Shown: positions 30,395-40,122, numbered from the stretch's first letter. The stretch: DNA of 64,000 nt from an uncultured Ruminococcus sp. (GCA_964650045.1 CAZYRT010000006.1:3576-67575); one strand, 5' to 3'. The notes: a model not told the origin generated them from the letters alone. Made by a program: numbers and translations.

Positions 30395-31279
30395 ATGAAT
30401 AATGTGCGTTTTAAGATTTCAACCGCTTTAGATGCGTTATTCTTCTTGAAAAAATGCTCAATGGATGACGGTCAATGGATGCCTTTAAACCAGGCGACTA
30501 AGGATGTGATACTTGAACATCCGCTTTATAGATTGCAATATGATAAAATAGAGAAATTTAAAGAACACTTCCCTATTCAGCATTATAATTACAAATATGA
30601 TATGTCAACAATGGGTTTAATATTGAGCGCTTACACCAATAACGCATTGGATGATTTGACTTTAGACTATCTGGCTGAAATTTTTGATTCTTGCGATAAG
30701 CTCTATGATACTGTAAAAGAACGTATCACAAGCGGATTTAATATCCTCCATGTATATCCGTTATTAGAAGAATTTAAAAGTAATTTGGGCAAAGTGCTAT
30801 CAAAAGACATTACTATTTTAAACGACTACGGGTTTGAAGAGCTATACAATACCGAAATAACGCCTCTGTTGCATGATGAAATCAAAAACTATGAACAAAT
30901 TATCGGAAATTTAGATTTCAGCCAATTATACAGAAATATTTCAATATTGAAAAATACCAATCAAATTTCCTCCGCAACCATATTTTTCACATTCTTCAGC
31001 CTTCCATACTGTCTGAGTTTATACAACGGAGCATATGCTGCCTGCTACACAGGTGAAAAGCATATTGACCTATTTGCTATAAGTGCCCATGAGCTAATGC
31101 ACGGTTTTGCAAGTAATGAAACGTTATCCCTCTATAAACAATATATTAAAAGCAACAAATATTTAGAAAATGCTCATTACAGATTGATACATGATTTTGG
31201 CTCGGGTGACGAAGAAGAATTTGTAAAGGCTGCTGAATACTACCTTTGCTATCTTTCGTGTAACTATAATAAAAAGTAG
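30395..31279 (+). CDS. Hypothetical protein with an HExxH motif; the frame stays open for 59 codons beyond its TAG, to 31459
   Basis: A GAGG RBS is present. HELMH lies near residue 235. The in-frame TAG is at 31277-31279 and the open frame continues to 31459 (see findings). Confidence 0.6.
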   Translation: MNNVRFKISTALDALFFLKKCSMDDGQWMPLNQATKDVILEHPLYRLQYDKIEKFKEHFPIQHYNYKYDMSTMGLILSAYTNNALDDLTLDYLAEIFDSCDKLYDTVKERITSGFNILHVYPLLEEFKSNLGKVLSKDITILNDYGFEELYNTEITPLLHDEIKNYEQIIGNLDFSQLYRNISILKNTNQISSATIFFTFFSLPYCLSLYNGAYAACYTGEKHIDLFAISAHELMHGFASNETLSLYKQYIKSNKYLENAHYRLIHDFGSGDEEEFVKAAEYYLCYLSCNYNKK

Positions 31280-31515
31280 CTTTATGATATTGCCAAATTA
31301 GAATATAACGGTTGTTGTCCTGTTTCGGTTATTATTTTTGATTTGCTGACAAAAGAAAATGCTCTTCCAAGTGACTATAATAAGTGGTTAAAAAACATTT
31401 TCGAAAGCGATATTCTGCCGAAAGAAAATATACAAGATTATATCAAAAATCTTTTATAGACGAGACCACCGGTTAAACCGGGTGGTATTCCCGCTCCTTA
31501 AGGCACAAACATAAA

Positions 31516-31555
31516 CTGCACTCCTCATTTTTAGAGAAGTGCAGTTTTGCTTTTT
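31516..31555. terminator. Bidirectional intrinsic terminator between convergent genes
   Basis: The stem ctgcact / agtgcag has T-rich tails on both strands. Confidence 0.5.
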
Positions 31556-31623
31556 ATATTTAATTTTATGGGTGCAAGGAACAAGTTAGTCTTTAATCTG
31601 AGCGAAGCAAAAAACCGCTTTTA

Positions 31624-34600
31624 TTATTCAATATTGATTTCAACTACACAGGGTTCCGACCAACCTAAATATTCTGTATATACATAGCTAAAAGTAACTG
31701 TACCTTTAAAACCCTCTTCGGGAAAATACACAAATGTGCCATCATTGTTCATGGTAACAGAACCGTGTTCGGGAGCTAAATATAAGCTAAATTCCCGAAG
31801 CTTATAATCCTCTAAGTCTAAATCAAACATACATATATCATTATCGTTCATTTTGAATATACGATTCTCTATTGTTTTCGGAATATATTCTAAATCACCT
31901 TTTATATAATGATATGTTACATCATAAATGGTTCTTGCCATAATTTCTTTTGAATATGCCGCATCTCGATAGACATATTCGCTTTGATAATACATATTCA
32001 CCGCATCAGAATATCCATATTCAATACCGCCTGCCATATACTCCATGTATTTTTCAAAGAACAACATATTTCTAAGACAGTCATTTTGAATCTCCATTTC
32101 GATACCCATACCAAAGGTTTCGGTCAGTTGGGCGCAATTAATTATATTCATAATATCGGTTTCGGCTCGAAAAACGTAATTTGGTTGCATACAAGCCACA
32201 TCAAATCCCAACTGATTGCACAAATTAAAACCGGGAGAAGTGAACCAAGGTATCCAGAAGAAATTCTTATCTACCGACCGTACATAATTACCAATCTCGA
32301 TAATCAAATTCCTCAAATCAGCATCATCACTTAAAATGTCTTCATGCCACCAATAATATCCAACCAACTCGATATTTTTGAAATTCGTTTGTTTAAAACG
32401 TTTTTCAATTTCATCAATATACCATTTAGTTACTTTCAAACGGTTTTCATAAACTGATAGATCCTCACTAATACCATCTCCGTCTACATCGCCAAAATCG
32501 GTTATTGAAGAAGAAGGATAGTATAAAGTCAAGGTAACTTTATATTTAAAATCATCAGCTAAACCAAGCTTATTTTTAATTTCCCCTGCAGTATTTTCCA
32601 TTGCAGTTATATTACTTGTGTCAGAAAAAACTAGTTCAATATACCATTCCCAATCGGATTTATACGAGCCTGTTTGGGGAGAACCAATCGGCATTTCATT
32701 TGTGCTCAAGAACAGGAAACTATCAAACATTATATCCTCAGGCGTGCCGTTCTTATCAATGTATGCCAAATAAGGTAGCAAATCTTCATTTGTATATTGC
32801 AAATCTTCGCTCACATACAGCAAACACAAATCTTTTGAACCACCCAAAAGCTCATTGGAAGGCATTTTTCGTTCAGTTTCATAAAGTGCAGTAGCAATAT
32901 AACCTGAATCCGATGCCGAAATTGCTCCGATAGACGTCTTTTTTCCGTACACCTCAAGCTCATCACATCCAGCCCATGTTTTTACAACAAAATCAAATGC
33001 TACATATCTTGCTAAAAGAGGCTGTTGAAGCATCAATTCGCCTTTATAGATATCGTCTTCTCCCTCACCGTCAAGAATCAATTCACCAATATTATACCAT
33101 TCTTGTCCATTCTCAGAAATCAAGATAAATACATATCCCGGAGCATAAACAGCCCAATCAGATAAATGGGTGAAGCTTGCTGTAAATTTGTCAACATAAG
33201 TCAACTTTTCGAGATCATAAATAACCTTTCTTCCTGATCCTCCGCTGAATTTAAAGAAATTACCGTTGTGTATATTATTTTCTGTTGCAAATTGACCGTT
33301 TGTCATTAAAGTAGAAGAAACGGGAGTATTGTAATGACTTGTAAAGTTTTCCTCAGCAGGACTAGCCCAAGAAAAGATTTGTTGAGCTTTGCCTAGGATA
33401 AGATTGCAATATTCCGAATTTTCGGTATCTTCCCATTTATCGGTTACAAAATCAAATTTCAAATCAGGATAAAGAGATTTTGACTCTTGATATCTGTAAG
33501 CATATACAGCCAATTCTTCAATCATGAATGTAGTATTTTGCAAAGAGTGAATGGTAAATTCAATATATTTTGCCGTAACGGCATTTCTTAAAGGCAAAAC
33601 AAAATTATAGTTTCCGTTAATGAATGTTGTATTTCCATACTGAACACCTAAATCAATTCGATTATTTTTATTGTCTATAGCCGAAATCTCAATTGCTACA
33701 GGCATAAAAATTCCGATATCGGTGTTTACGAAAAATGAAGCCTCTATATTTGCAACATCATCAGTAACCTTACCTAAGTTGATTTTAAAAGTTGAAGTTT
33801 TTCCGCCTACAAAACCGACCCATGTACCGCCTTCATAATAACCGCTTGTTTTTCCGTCGGTAAGCATTTTTTCTTTATCGGGAAATCTGCTGTCAGCGGT
33901 TGCATTTGAAGTATAATTTTTATTCTGTGATATCAATATTTTATCAAGTGAACGGTCTATACTTCCTTTAATCTCATTATACGAAGCAGTACCGAGATTA
34001 TGATAAGCATCATTAATGGCAATTTCAAATTCATCGCTAAGCTTATTCTGTTCCTCGTCTATATCCGCCACAACAATAACTTCATCTAAAAACATCCAAG
34101 GATATGCACTTTTCATTGTAAACCGTACATATCTGGCGTTTATATAGTTGTCCAAAATCAATGTAGCATAGCAAACTGCCCCTTCAACAAATTCGGCAGG
34201 TGTTAATTCACCAAGATCTTTCCAATTTTCACCATCTATGGAAGCCGAAACTGTAAAGCTCCACGGAACACCGATACCGGCTCCATTGGTTGCGTAATAA
34301 CCAACTTGAAATTGGTAAATATTATTATATAAACCGCCTAAATCCAATGTCACATCTAACTTATCCGCAGTATATCCCGAAAGAGATTCATCACTATAAT
34401 TACCTACAGCAACATTAGTAATTCCGTCAGTCAATTCAATGCTGTAAGTATCCGGATAACTACGCTCATCGGCTTCCTCGGACTTAGTATATGGAGCGTT
34501 TTTTGATATAATAACCGCATTAGGTTTATCGGAAACTTTTATATCCGTGAATACTTCATTCATAGAAATGTTTTCAACACTTTCAATATTAATTGGTGCA

Positions 34601-34734
34601 GACAGCTCGTTTGACCAGTTATCAACAGAAACATCATCAGCAGCAGAAGACGTCACTTCATCATCTACTATGCAGGAGCTTATACAAGTTAGAATTAATA
34701 TTATACACAAAAACAAAAGTGCCGTCCTTTTCAT
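31624..34734 (-). CDS. Large surface lipoprotein (1036 aa): three discoidin/CBM-like modules, an uncharacterised TIM-barrel-like domain and a C-terminal Ig-like domain. It is a paralog of 34802..37936.
   Basis: The lipobox is ISSC. The module-end signature [AS][RK]Y[VI].F recurs (ARYVRF, AKYIEF, ARYVAF). A DVDGDG Ca-loop-like motif is present. An AGGAGG RBS is present. Confidence 0.8.
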   Translation of the reverse strand: MKRTALLFLCIILILTCISSCIVDDEVTSSAADDVSVDNWSNELSAPINIESVENISMNEVFTDIKVSDKPNAVIISKNAPYTKSEEADERSYPDTYSIELTDGITNVAVGNYSDESLSGYTADKLDVTLDLGGLYNNIYQFQVGYYATNGAGIGVPWSFTVSASIDGENWKDLGELTPAEFVEGAVCYATLILDNYINARYVRFTMKSAYPWMFLDEVIVVADIDEEQNKLSDEFEIAINDAYHNLGTASYNEIKGSIDRSLDKILISQNKNYTSNATADSRFPDKEKMLTDGKTSGYYEGGTWVGFVGGKTSTFKINLGKVTDDVANIEASFFVNTDIGIFMPVAIEISAIDNKNNRIDLGVQYGNTTFINGNYNFVLPLRNAVTAKYIEFTIHSLQNTTFMIEELAVYAYRYQESKSLYPDLKFDFVTDKWEDTENSEYCNLILGKAQQIFSWASPAEENFTSHYNTPVSSTLMTNGQFATENNIHNGNFFKFSGGSGRKVIYDLEKLTYVDKFTASFTHLSDWAVYAPGYVFILISENGQEWYNIGELILDGEGEDDIYKGELMLQQPLLARYVAFDFVVKTWAGCDELEVYGKKTSIGAISASDSGYIATALYETERKMPSNELLGGSKDLCLLYVSEDLQYTNEDLLPYLAYIDKNGTPEDIMFDSFLFLSTNEMPIGSPQTGSYKSDWEWYIELVFSDTSNITAMENTAGEIKNKLGLADDFKYKVTLTLYYPSSSITDFGDVDGDGISEDLSVYENRLKVTKWYIDEIEKRFKQTNFKNIELVGYYWWHEDILSDDADLRNLIIEIGNYVRSVDKNFFWIPWFTSPGFNLCNQLGFDVACMQPNYVFRAETDIMNIINCAQLTETFGMGIEMEIQNDCLRNMLFFEKYMEYMAGGIEYGYSDAVNMYYQSEYVYRDAAYSKEIMARTIYDVTYHYIKGDLEYIPKTIENRIFKMNDNDICMFDLDLEDYKLREFSLYLAPEHGSVTMNNDGTFVYFPEEGFKGTVTFSYVYTEYLGWSEPCVVEINIE

Positions 34735-34756
34735 AATATCCTCCTATGAACATTTC

Positions 34757-34789
34757 AGAGAAACGACCTCATAATGAGGTCGTTTCTCT
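34757..34789. terminator. Perfect 15-bp hairpin between the two paralogs
   Basis: The sequence is agagaaacgacctca-taa-tgaggtcgtttctct. It lies 13 nt after the upstream stop and 23 nt before the downstream start. No clean U-tract follows on the minus strand. Confidence 0.45.
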
Positions 34790-34801
34790 TTAATTATGAA
34801 A

Positions 34802-37800
34802 TTATTGAATGTTAATAACTACTTCGCAAGGCTCAGACCAACCAAGATATTCGCTGTATACGAAGCTAAATGTAGTCTCGCCTGTATAATCCTTTTCAGG
34901 ATAGAAATTAAATGTACCATCTTCGTTAATTGTAACAGAACCATGGTCAGCAACCAAATAAACTTCAAATTCGCGAAGCTTTTCAGTATCAAACTCTAAA
35001 GTTCCTGTGAATACTTCATTTTTAGTAGCAGTATAATTAAGATTTTCTAATTTATCAGGGGTATACTGCATATCGCCTTTAATATAATGATATGTTGTAT
35101 CGTAAATAGTACGAGCCATTAAATCGTCAGAATTAGCAGCGTCACGATAAATGAATGTGCTCTGATAATACATATTAACAGCATCATCCATATAACCGTA
35201 TTCAACACCACCGGCAAGATATTGCATATACTTCTTAAAGAACAACTTGTTACGAAGAGCGTCGGTACAAATTTCCATTTCGATACCCATACCGTAAAGC
35301 TCAGTAAACTTAGCGCAGTTAACAACCTTGCTATAGGAAGATACCGCATCAAATACATAGTTAGGCTGCATAACCGCAACGTCAAACCCGTATTCGGCCC
35401 ATTGGTTAAATCCAGGTGCGCAATACCAAGGAATCCAATAGAAATCACGTCCTGTTGCATGAACAAGATCAGCAGTATCATTGATCATATCGTTAGAACC
35501 GCTATCCTTCATAACGATTTCTTCATGATACCAATAGTAGCCGACAAGCTCGATATTCTTGAAGTTAGCTTCTGCAAATCTATTTTCTACTTCATCAATA
35601 TACCACTTGATAGCCTTAATACGATCTGCATAATTAGCAAAGTTTTCAGAAACACCATCACCGTCTACGTCACCAAAGTTTGCGGTATCGGTAGAAGGAT
35701 AGTAAATAGTCATTGTTACTTTATAAGTAAACTCTTCATCAAGACCCAATGCCTGTTTTACTTGTCCCGCAGCTTCTTCCAAAGCCATGATATGTTCACC
35801 TTCGGTAAACAAATCGTTTAATGTCCATTCCCAGTCAGACTTCAAGCTCTTTTCATAGGGATAACCGCCGCTGGGGAATTTAGTATTATTGTAAAGGAAA
35901 AGGAAACTGTCAAACATTACATCCTTAATATTGCCTTCAGTATCAACATAAGCAAGATAAGGAATCAAATCTTCAACCTTATAAGGATTGGTATCGGTAG
36001 TGTGATAAAGCAAGCACAGGTCTTTAGAACCGCCAAGCAAATCTGCGGAAGGTTCCATACGTTTGCCCGAGAAAAGATTCTTCGTAGTGAGACCTGCATC
36101 TGCAGGAGCTACAGCACCGACAGAAGTCTTCTTACCATAAACTTCAAGCTCGTCACAGCCAACCCAAGAAATAACATCAAAGGCAAATGCTACATAACGT
36201 GCTTTCAAAGGTGTTGCAGCAACAAGCTCTCCCTTGTATATAGCGTCTGTACCTTCACCAACCAAATTAATAGTACCTACAGTATACCAATTGGTACCGT
36301 CATCAGAAACATATACAGTAGTAATATCGGGATTATGAACTGCCCATTCTTCTTTGTTTGTAAAGCTTGCAGTAAATTTATCTACATAAGACAAATATCC
36401 AAGGTCAAAAATTACTTTTCTTCCGCTACCGCCATTGAATTTAAAGAATTTACCATTATGAATATCTGTGCTTGTAGCAAATTTTCCGTCTGTAAGCAAT
36501 TTAGATGTAACATCTGTGTTATAGCTATAACTATTCTCACCGGGATCGCTGTCAGCAATAATCTGTTGATCCATGCCGAGAATCAAATTCTGATACTCAT
36601 CGCTTGCTTCGCTTCCCCATTCTGTAACGTTCGTGTCAATTACAGGGGTAGGATAAAGAACTTCGGGTTCTTGGTCACGATATGCGTAAACAGCAACTTC
36701 CTCTACCATGTGCATATTACAATCGGTAGCATACATAGTTATTTCAATATAACGTGCAGATACTGTTTTCTGCAAAGGAAGAGAGAATTTATAATTACCG
36801 TTAGTAACAACTGTGTTACCATAAATAATACCAAGATCGGTACGATTGTTCTTGTTATCAATAGCAGTGATCTTAAGAGCCGCAGGCAAATATATTCTTA
36901 CGGCTGTATTTACAAAGAAGCTAACTTCGACAGCACCGATATCCTTAACGTTTCTTGCAAGATTAACCTTAATAGTTATCTCTTGTCCGCCATTAAAGCC
37001 AACCCATGTTTCACCTTCATAATAGCCGCTGGTCAAACCATCGGTAAGCATCGAGCCGCTATCCTTAAAGTTATCGTTAGTAGTACCGGTAACTTCATAT
37101 TTCTTATCTTGAGAAACCAAAACCTTTGTATAATCACGGATAACATCGTCTCCGTCAGTAGGAGCAGCAACCGCGCCAAGGGTCTGATATGCATTATTTA
37201 CTTCCTCGATAAACTCTTTATTACCTTCGTTTCCTTCGACATCAGCAATAACAGCAACTTCATCAAGGAATACCCAAGCGCCGGATTTACTGATAGAAAA
37301 ACGAATATACTTCGCTTTCACATATTCAGGAACAGAAAGCTCAGCTACTTGCACAGTACCAGCTTGAGCCGAGGGCATTGTCATTGCATCAAATGTGCGG
37401 TCATTACCATCGGCATTAATTGCTTCCCAATTTTGACCGTCCATAGAGGCATATACATAAATAGTACCAGGAGTAGAGATACCTGCAGCAGGAAGAGAAA
37501 AATAGGAAACGGTAAACTTATATATTGTATCAAATTCTCTTCCAAGATCAACATCTACATTTAGAGAAGATACGGTATATCCGGAAAGGGTTTGATCGTA
37601 AAAATTATCTACAGCTACACCCGTTACTCCGTCAGTTAATTCTGTTCCGTAGGAATCGGGGTATTGCGAATCAGCCTCGGTAGGCTTTTTGCCGGAATAA
37701 GTTGTATAAGATGCGCCACCGGAAATTATAGTTTCCTTTGCATCTTCAGCAACTTCAACACTTGTTCTTGTTTCATAAACCTTGGTAGTTTTTGAAACTT

Positions 37801-37936
37801 CTGATTTTTCGTTTTCGCTCACTTCAACAGACGAAGTTTCTTCAGATGAAGTTGTTGTTGATGAATCATCAACACAGGCAACAGCAAAAACAGAAAAAAC
37901 CATTATGATTGCGAGAATCAAAGCAATTTTTTTCAT
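34802..37936 (-). CDS. Large surface lipoprotein (1044 aa), paralog of 31624..34734
   Basis: The lipobox-like sequence is FAVAC. The domain order matches the paralog and roughly half the residues are identical by eye. AKYIRF, ARYIEI, ARYVAF and DVDGDG are present. An AAGGAAG RBS is present. Confidence 0.8.
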   Translation of the reverse strand: MKKIALILAIIMVFSVFAVACVDDSSTTTSSEETSSVEVSENEKSEVSKTTKVYETRTSVEVAEDAKETIISGGASYTTYSGKKPTEADSQYPDSYGTELTDGVTGVAVDNFYDQTLSGYTVSSLNVDVDLGREFDTIYKFTVSYFSLPAAGISTPGTIYVYASMDGQNWEAINADGNDRTFDAMTMPSAQAGTVQVAELSVPEYVKAKYIRFSISKSGAWVFLDEVAVIADVEGNEGNKEFIEEVNNAYQTLGAVAAPTDGDDVIRDYTKVLVSQDKKYEVTGTTNDNFKDSGSMLTDGLTSGYYEGETWVGFNGGQEITIKVNLARNVKDIGAVEVSFFVNTAVRIYLPAALKITAIDNKNNRTDLGIIYGNTVVTNGNYKFSLPLQKTVSARYIEITMYATDCNMHMVEEVAVYAYRDQEPEVLYPTPVIDTNVTEWGSEASDEYQNLILGMDQQIIADSDPGENSYSYNTDVTSKLLTDGKFATSTDIHNGKFFKFNGGSGRKVIFDLGYLSYVDKFTASFTNKEEWAVHNPDITTVYVSDDGTNWYTVGTINLVGEGTDAIYKGELVAATPLKARYVAFAFDVISWVGCDELEVYGKKTSVGAVAPADAGLTTKNLFSGKRMEPSADLLGGSKDLCLLYHTTDTNPYKVEDLIPYLAYVDTEGNIKDVMFDSFLFLYNNTKFPSGGYPYEKSLKSDWEWTLNDLFTEGEHIMALEEAAGQVKQALGLDEEFTYKVTMTIYYPSTDTANFGDVDGDGVSENFANYADRIKAIKWYIDEVENRFAEANFKNIELVGYYWYHEEIVMKDSGSNDMINDTADLVHATGRDFYWIPWYCAPGFNQWAEYGFDVAVMQPNYVFDAVSSYSKVVNCAKFTELYGMGIEMEICTDALRNKLFFKKYMQYLAGGVEYGYMDDAVNMYYQSTFIYRDAANSDDLMARTIYDTTYHYIKGDMQYTPDKLENLNYTATKNEVFTGTLEFDTEKLREFEVYLVADHGSVTINEDGTFNFYPEKDYTGETTFSFVYSEYLGWSEPCEVVINIQ

Positions 37937-37965
37937 AATCGTCTTCCTTTTCTATATTTTTATTC

Positions 37966-37994
37966 ATTATAACATATATATTCTGTTTTGTCAT
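37966..37994 (-). promoter_or_regulatory. Sigma-A-type promoter for the paralog pair
   Basis: On the minus strand it reads ATGACA, a 17-nt spacer, then TGtTATAAT. Confidence 0.45.
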
Positions 37995-38021
37995 CCTATT
38001 TTTGAAATTTTTTCAATAAAT

Positions 38022-38048
38022 AAAGTGCTTTGGAGACCAAAGCACTTT
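38022..38048 (-). terminator. Intrinsic terminator after the carrier-protein gene
   Basis: A 12-bp stem (aaagtgctttgg / ccaaagcacttt) with a 3-nt loop is followed by a T-rich tail on the minus strand. Confidence 0.6.
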
Positions 38049-38055
38049 AAAAGTT

Positions 38056-38280
38056 TCACGCGTTTTCTTCGAGATAGGATACAACGTCACCGACTGTGAG
38101 CAAGGTAGGAAGAACAGCCTCATCAAAGATTATTCCAAATCGTTCTTCACAAAGAACAACCAAATCTGCAAGTTCCAAAGAATTGAAGCCCAAGTCGTTC
38201 ATAAGCTCTGCCTCGGGTTTAATAAGATCAGGGCTGATGTCCATTTCTTCAATAAGTAAATCTTTAAGTTTTGTTAACAT
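38056..38280 (-). CDS. Stand-alone acyl/peptidyl carrier protein
   Basis: The protein is 74 aa and acidic. The phosphopantetheine-Ser context is LGFNSLELADLV. An AGAGG RBS is present, 14 nt after the ligase stop. Confidence 0.8.
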   Translation of the reverse strand: MLTKLKDLLIEEMDISPDLIKPEAELMNDLGFNSLELADLVVLCEERFGIIFDEAVLPTLLTVGDVVSYLEENA

Positions 38281-38294
38281 AAAATACCTCTTTA

Positions 38295-40016
38295 TTATGA
38301 AAGTTTATATCTAATAATTTTCTTTGTTGTGGTTTTTTCAAACTCATTTTTCTTGAGTTCAATGCTTCTCACTTGTTTGAACGAAGCCAAGGTTTTATTA
38401 ATATTTGCAACTTCGGCACGCATTTTTTCAATAATTTCAGAATCATCGCAGCCCTGGAATTTATCATAATCGGGATGTATCAAAGCTGTTAGGACAACTT
38501 CTCCGTTTTCTTTAGTTCTGCCCACAACGACACATTCTTTAATATGCTCAATGCGTTCCAAATATTCTTCTATTTCTTCGGGGTATACATTTTTACCGTT
38601 ATTCAAGACAATAATATTTTTCTTTCTTCCTGTAATGTAAAGAAAACCGTCATTATCAAGATAACCGTAATCACCCGTACGGAAATAACCTTCTTCGGTA
38701 AAAGATGCCTTGGTAACATCCTCTGCTTTATAATAGCCAAGCATGACCTGAGGACCTTTAACGACTATCTCACCGATCTCGCCTGTGGGAAGATCAATTT
38801 CGTTGCCGTCTTCGTCAGATATTATCTTAACACGGGTTCCGGGAACAGGCATGCCTACTGAATCATAGTGAACAGTAACAAGAGGATTTACCGCCACAAG
38901 AGGTGAACATTCTGTAATACCATATCCCTGTGAAACGTTGATACCGATATTTTCAAACCATTGAATATCTTCAGGATCTGTAGCAGCACCGCCGCAAATG
39001 ATCTCTTTTAAACGTCCGCCCAATGATTTCAAAACTTCCGAAAAAACAATACTTCTTGTATCGATGCCAACTTTTCTCAAAGCCTTGGTAGCTTTTACAC
39101 CCACATTAATAACATTTTCCTTTTTACGTTTTCTAATTTCGTCTGAAATTTTCTTTCTGAGAGTAGTAACATACAAAGGAACAACTACCATAACAGTAGG
39201 ACGGAACAATTTAAAGTTTTTCATCAAATACTTTAAACCATTGTTAATACATATCGTCAAGCCCAATCTAATGGCAGTAAACTGTCCGGCGGTAGTTTCG
39301 TAAGTATGATGCATGGGCAAAACACTTAATAAAACATTATCCGAATCCAACGCGATAGCATTAGAAGCACAATTTACATTAGAAACAATATTATCTTCGG
39401 AAAGCATAACGCCTTTGCTGGTACCTGTTGTGCCGGATGTAAAAATCAAAGCGCACATTTTCGAAGAATCGTATCGAGCATTAACAAATTCCAACGAACC
39501 TTCGGCAAAAAGCTGTTCACCGTAGGAAACCATTTTATCATAAGAAATGTAGCGAGAATCGGAATTTTCTTTACTGTCAAAGTCAAAAATATACTTAACT
39601 TTAGGAATGTTCATTGCTAAAACTTTTTCAAGGTATGCACCTGAACAGAAAATGGCTTCCGCATCAGCATATTCTATAAAAGCTTCTATCTGTTCCGGCA
39701 ACAATTCCTTATCAAGAGGAATAACCACAGAACCGCTTCCGATTATTGATGCATAAGCGATGATCCATTCAGGTCTGTTTTCAGAAAGGATAGCAATTTT
39801 TGTCTTTTTTAAACCTAAATTTGCAACAAAAGTACCAACATTGTTATAAGTAGCATAAAGTTGGTTATATGACATTTCGGATATCTCGTTTACAGAAGAA
39901 TAATATTTGTAAACGATCTTATCGCCGTACTTTTCCGCACTTTCACGGAGTATGGCTCGAATGTTTTCAGGGGTCTTGTACTTGTCTTTTATAACAGGTA
40001 TTTTCAAAATCAACAC
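38295..40016 (-). CDS. AMP-dependent acyl ligase (long-chain fatty-acid-CoA ligase-like)
   Basis: Adenylation motifs are TSGTTGTSKG, QGYGITEC, FRTGDYG and GRKKNIIV. The start codon is uncertain (GTG 40016 or TTG 40007). Confidence 0.85.
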   Translation of the reverse strand: MLILKIPVIKDKYKTPENIRAILRESAEKYGDKIVYKYYSSVNEISEMSYNQLYATYNNVGTFVANLGLKKTKIAILSENRPEWIIAYASIIGSGSVVIPLDKELLPEQIEAFIEYADAEAIFCSGAYLEKVLAMNIPKVKYIFDFDSKENSDSRYISYDKMVSYGEQLFAEGSLEFVNARYDSSKMCALIFTSGTTGTSKGVMLSEDNIVSNVNCASNAIALDSDNVLLSVLPMHHTYETTAGQFTAIRLGLTICINNGLKYLMKNFKLFRPTVMVVVPLYVTTLRKKISDEIRKRKKENVINVGVKATKALRKVGIDTRSIVFSEVLKSLGGRLKEIICGGAATDPEDIQWFENIGINVSQGYGITECSPLVAVNPLVTVHYDSVGMPVPGTRVKIISDEDGNEIDLPTGEIGEIVVKGPQVMLGYYKAEDVTKASFTEEGYFRTGDYGYLDNDGFLYITGRKKNIIVLNNGKNVYPEEIEEYLERIEHIKECVVVGRTKENGEVVLTALIHPDYDKFQGCDDSEIIEKMRAEVANINKTLASFKQVRSIELKKNEFEKTTTKKIIRYKLS

Positions 40017-40122
40017 TCCATTCTAAACATTAATTATACCAAAATATTTAAACTTGTCAACCCTATGGGTATATTTTCGACCAAATAGCAGAAAATAAAG
40101 AAAAATCAAAGGAGATATTATT

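Noticed and set aside
31277-31279. I considered whether the in-frame TAG is decoded, either as pyrrolysine or through an altered genetic code.
   Set aside because: TAG is used as an ordinary stop by spoVAC (40555-40557), spoVAE (41911-41913) and gene 21457..22500. No pyl genes are in the window. A nonsense mutation or sequencing error is the simpler explanation.
36002-37564. A 520-aa plus-strand ORF lies antisense to the large lipoprotein gene. Similar long antisense ORFs occur at 35222..35821, 48063..48713, 50136..50717, 55778..56941, 56942..57739 and 57878..58498.
   Set aside because: The translations are Cys/Ile/Asn/Phe/Ser-rich nonsense with no RBS or motifs. The sense-strand genes have strong domain signatures. 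Long shadow ORFs are expected opposite genes whose codon usage avoids TTA/CTA/TCA in the relevant phase.
40069-40097. A candidate SigG-type promoter (GTATA ... GAAAATA) lies upstream of spoVAC.
   Set aside because: The match to GHATR-N17/18-CATxxTA is poor in the -10 element, so I cannot support it from sequence alone.
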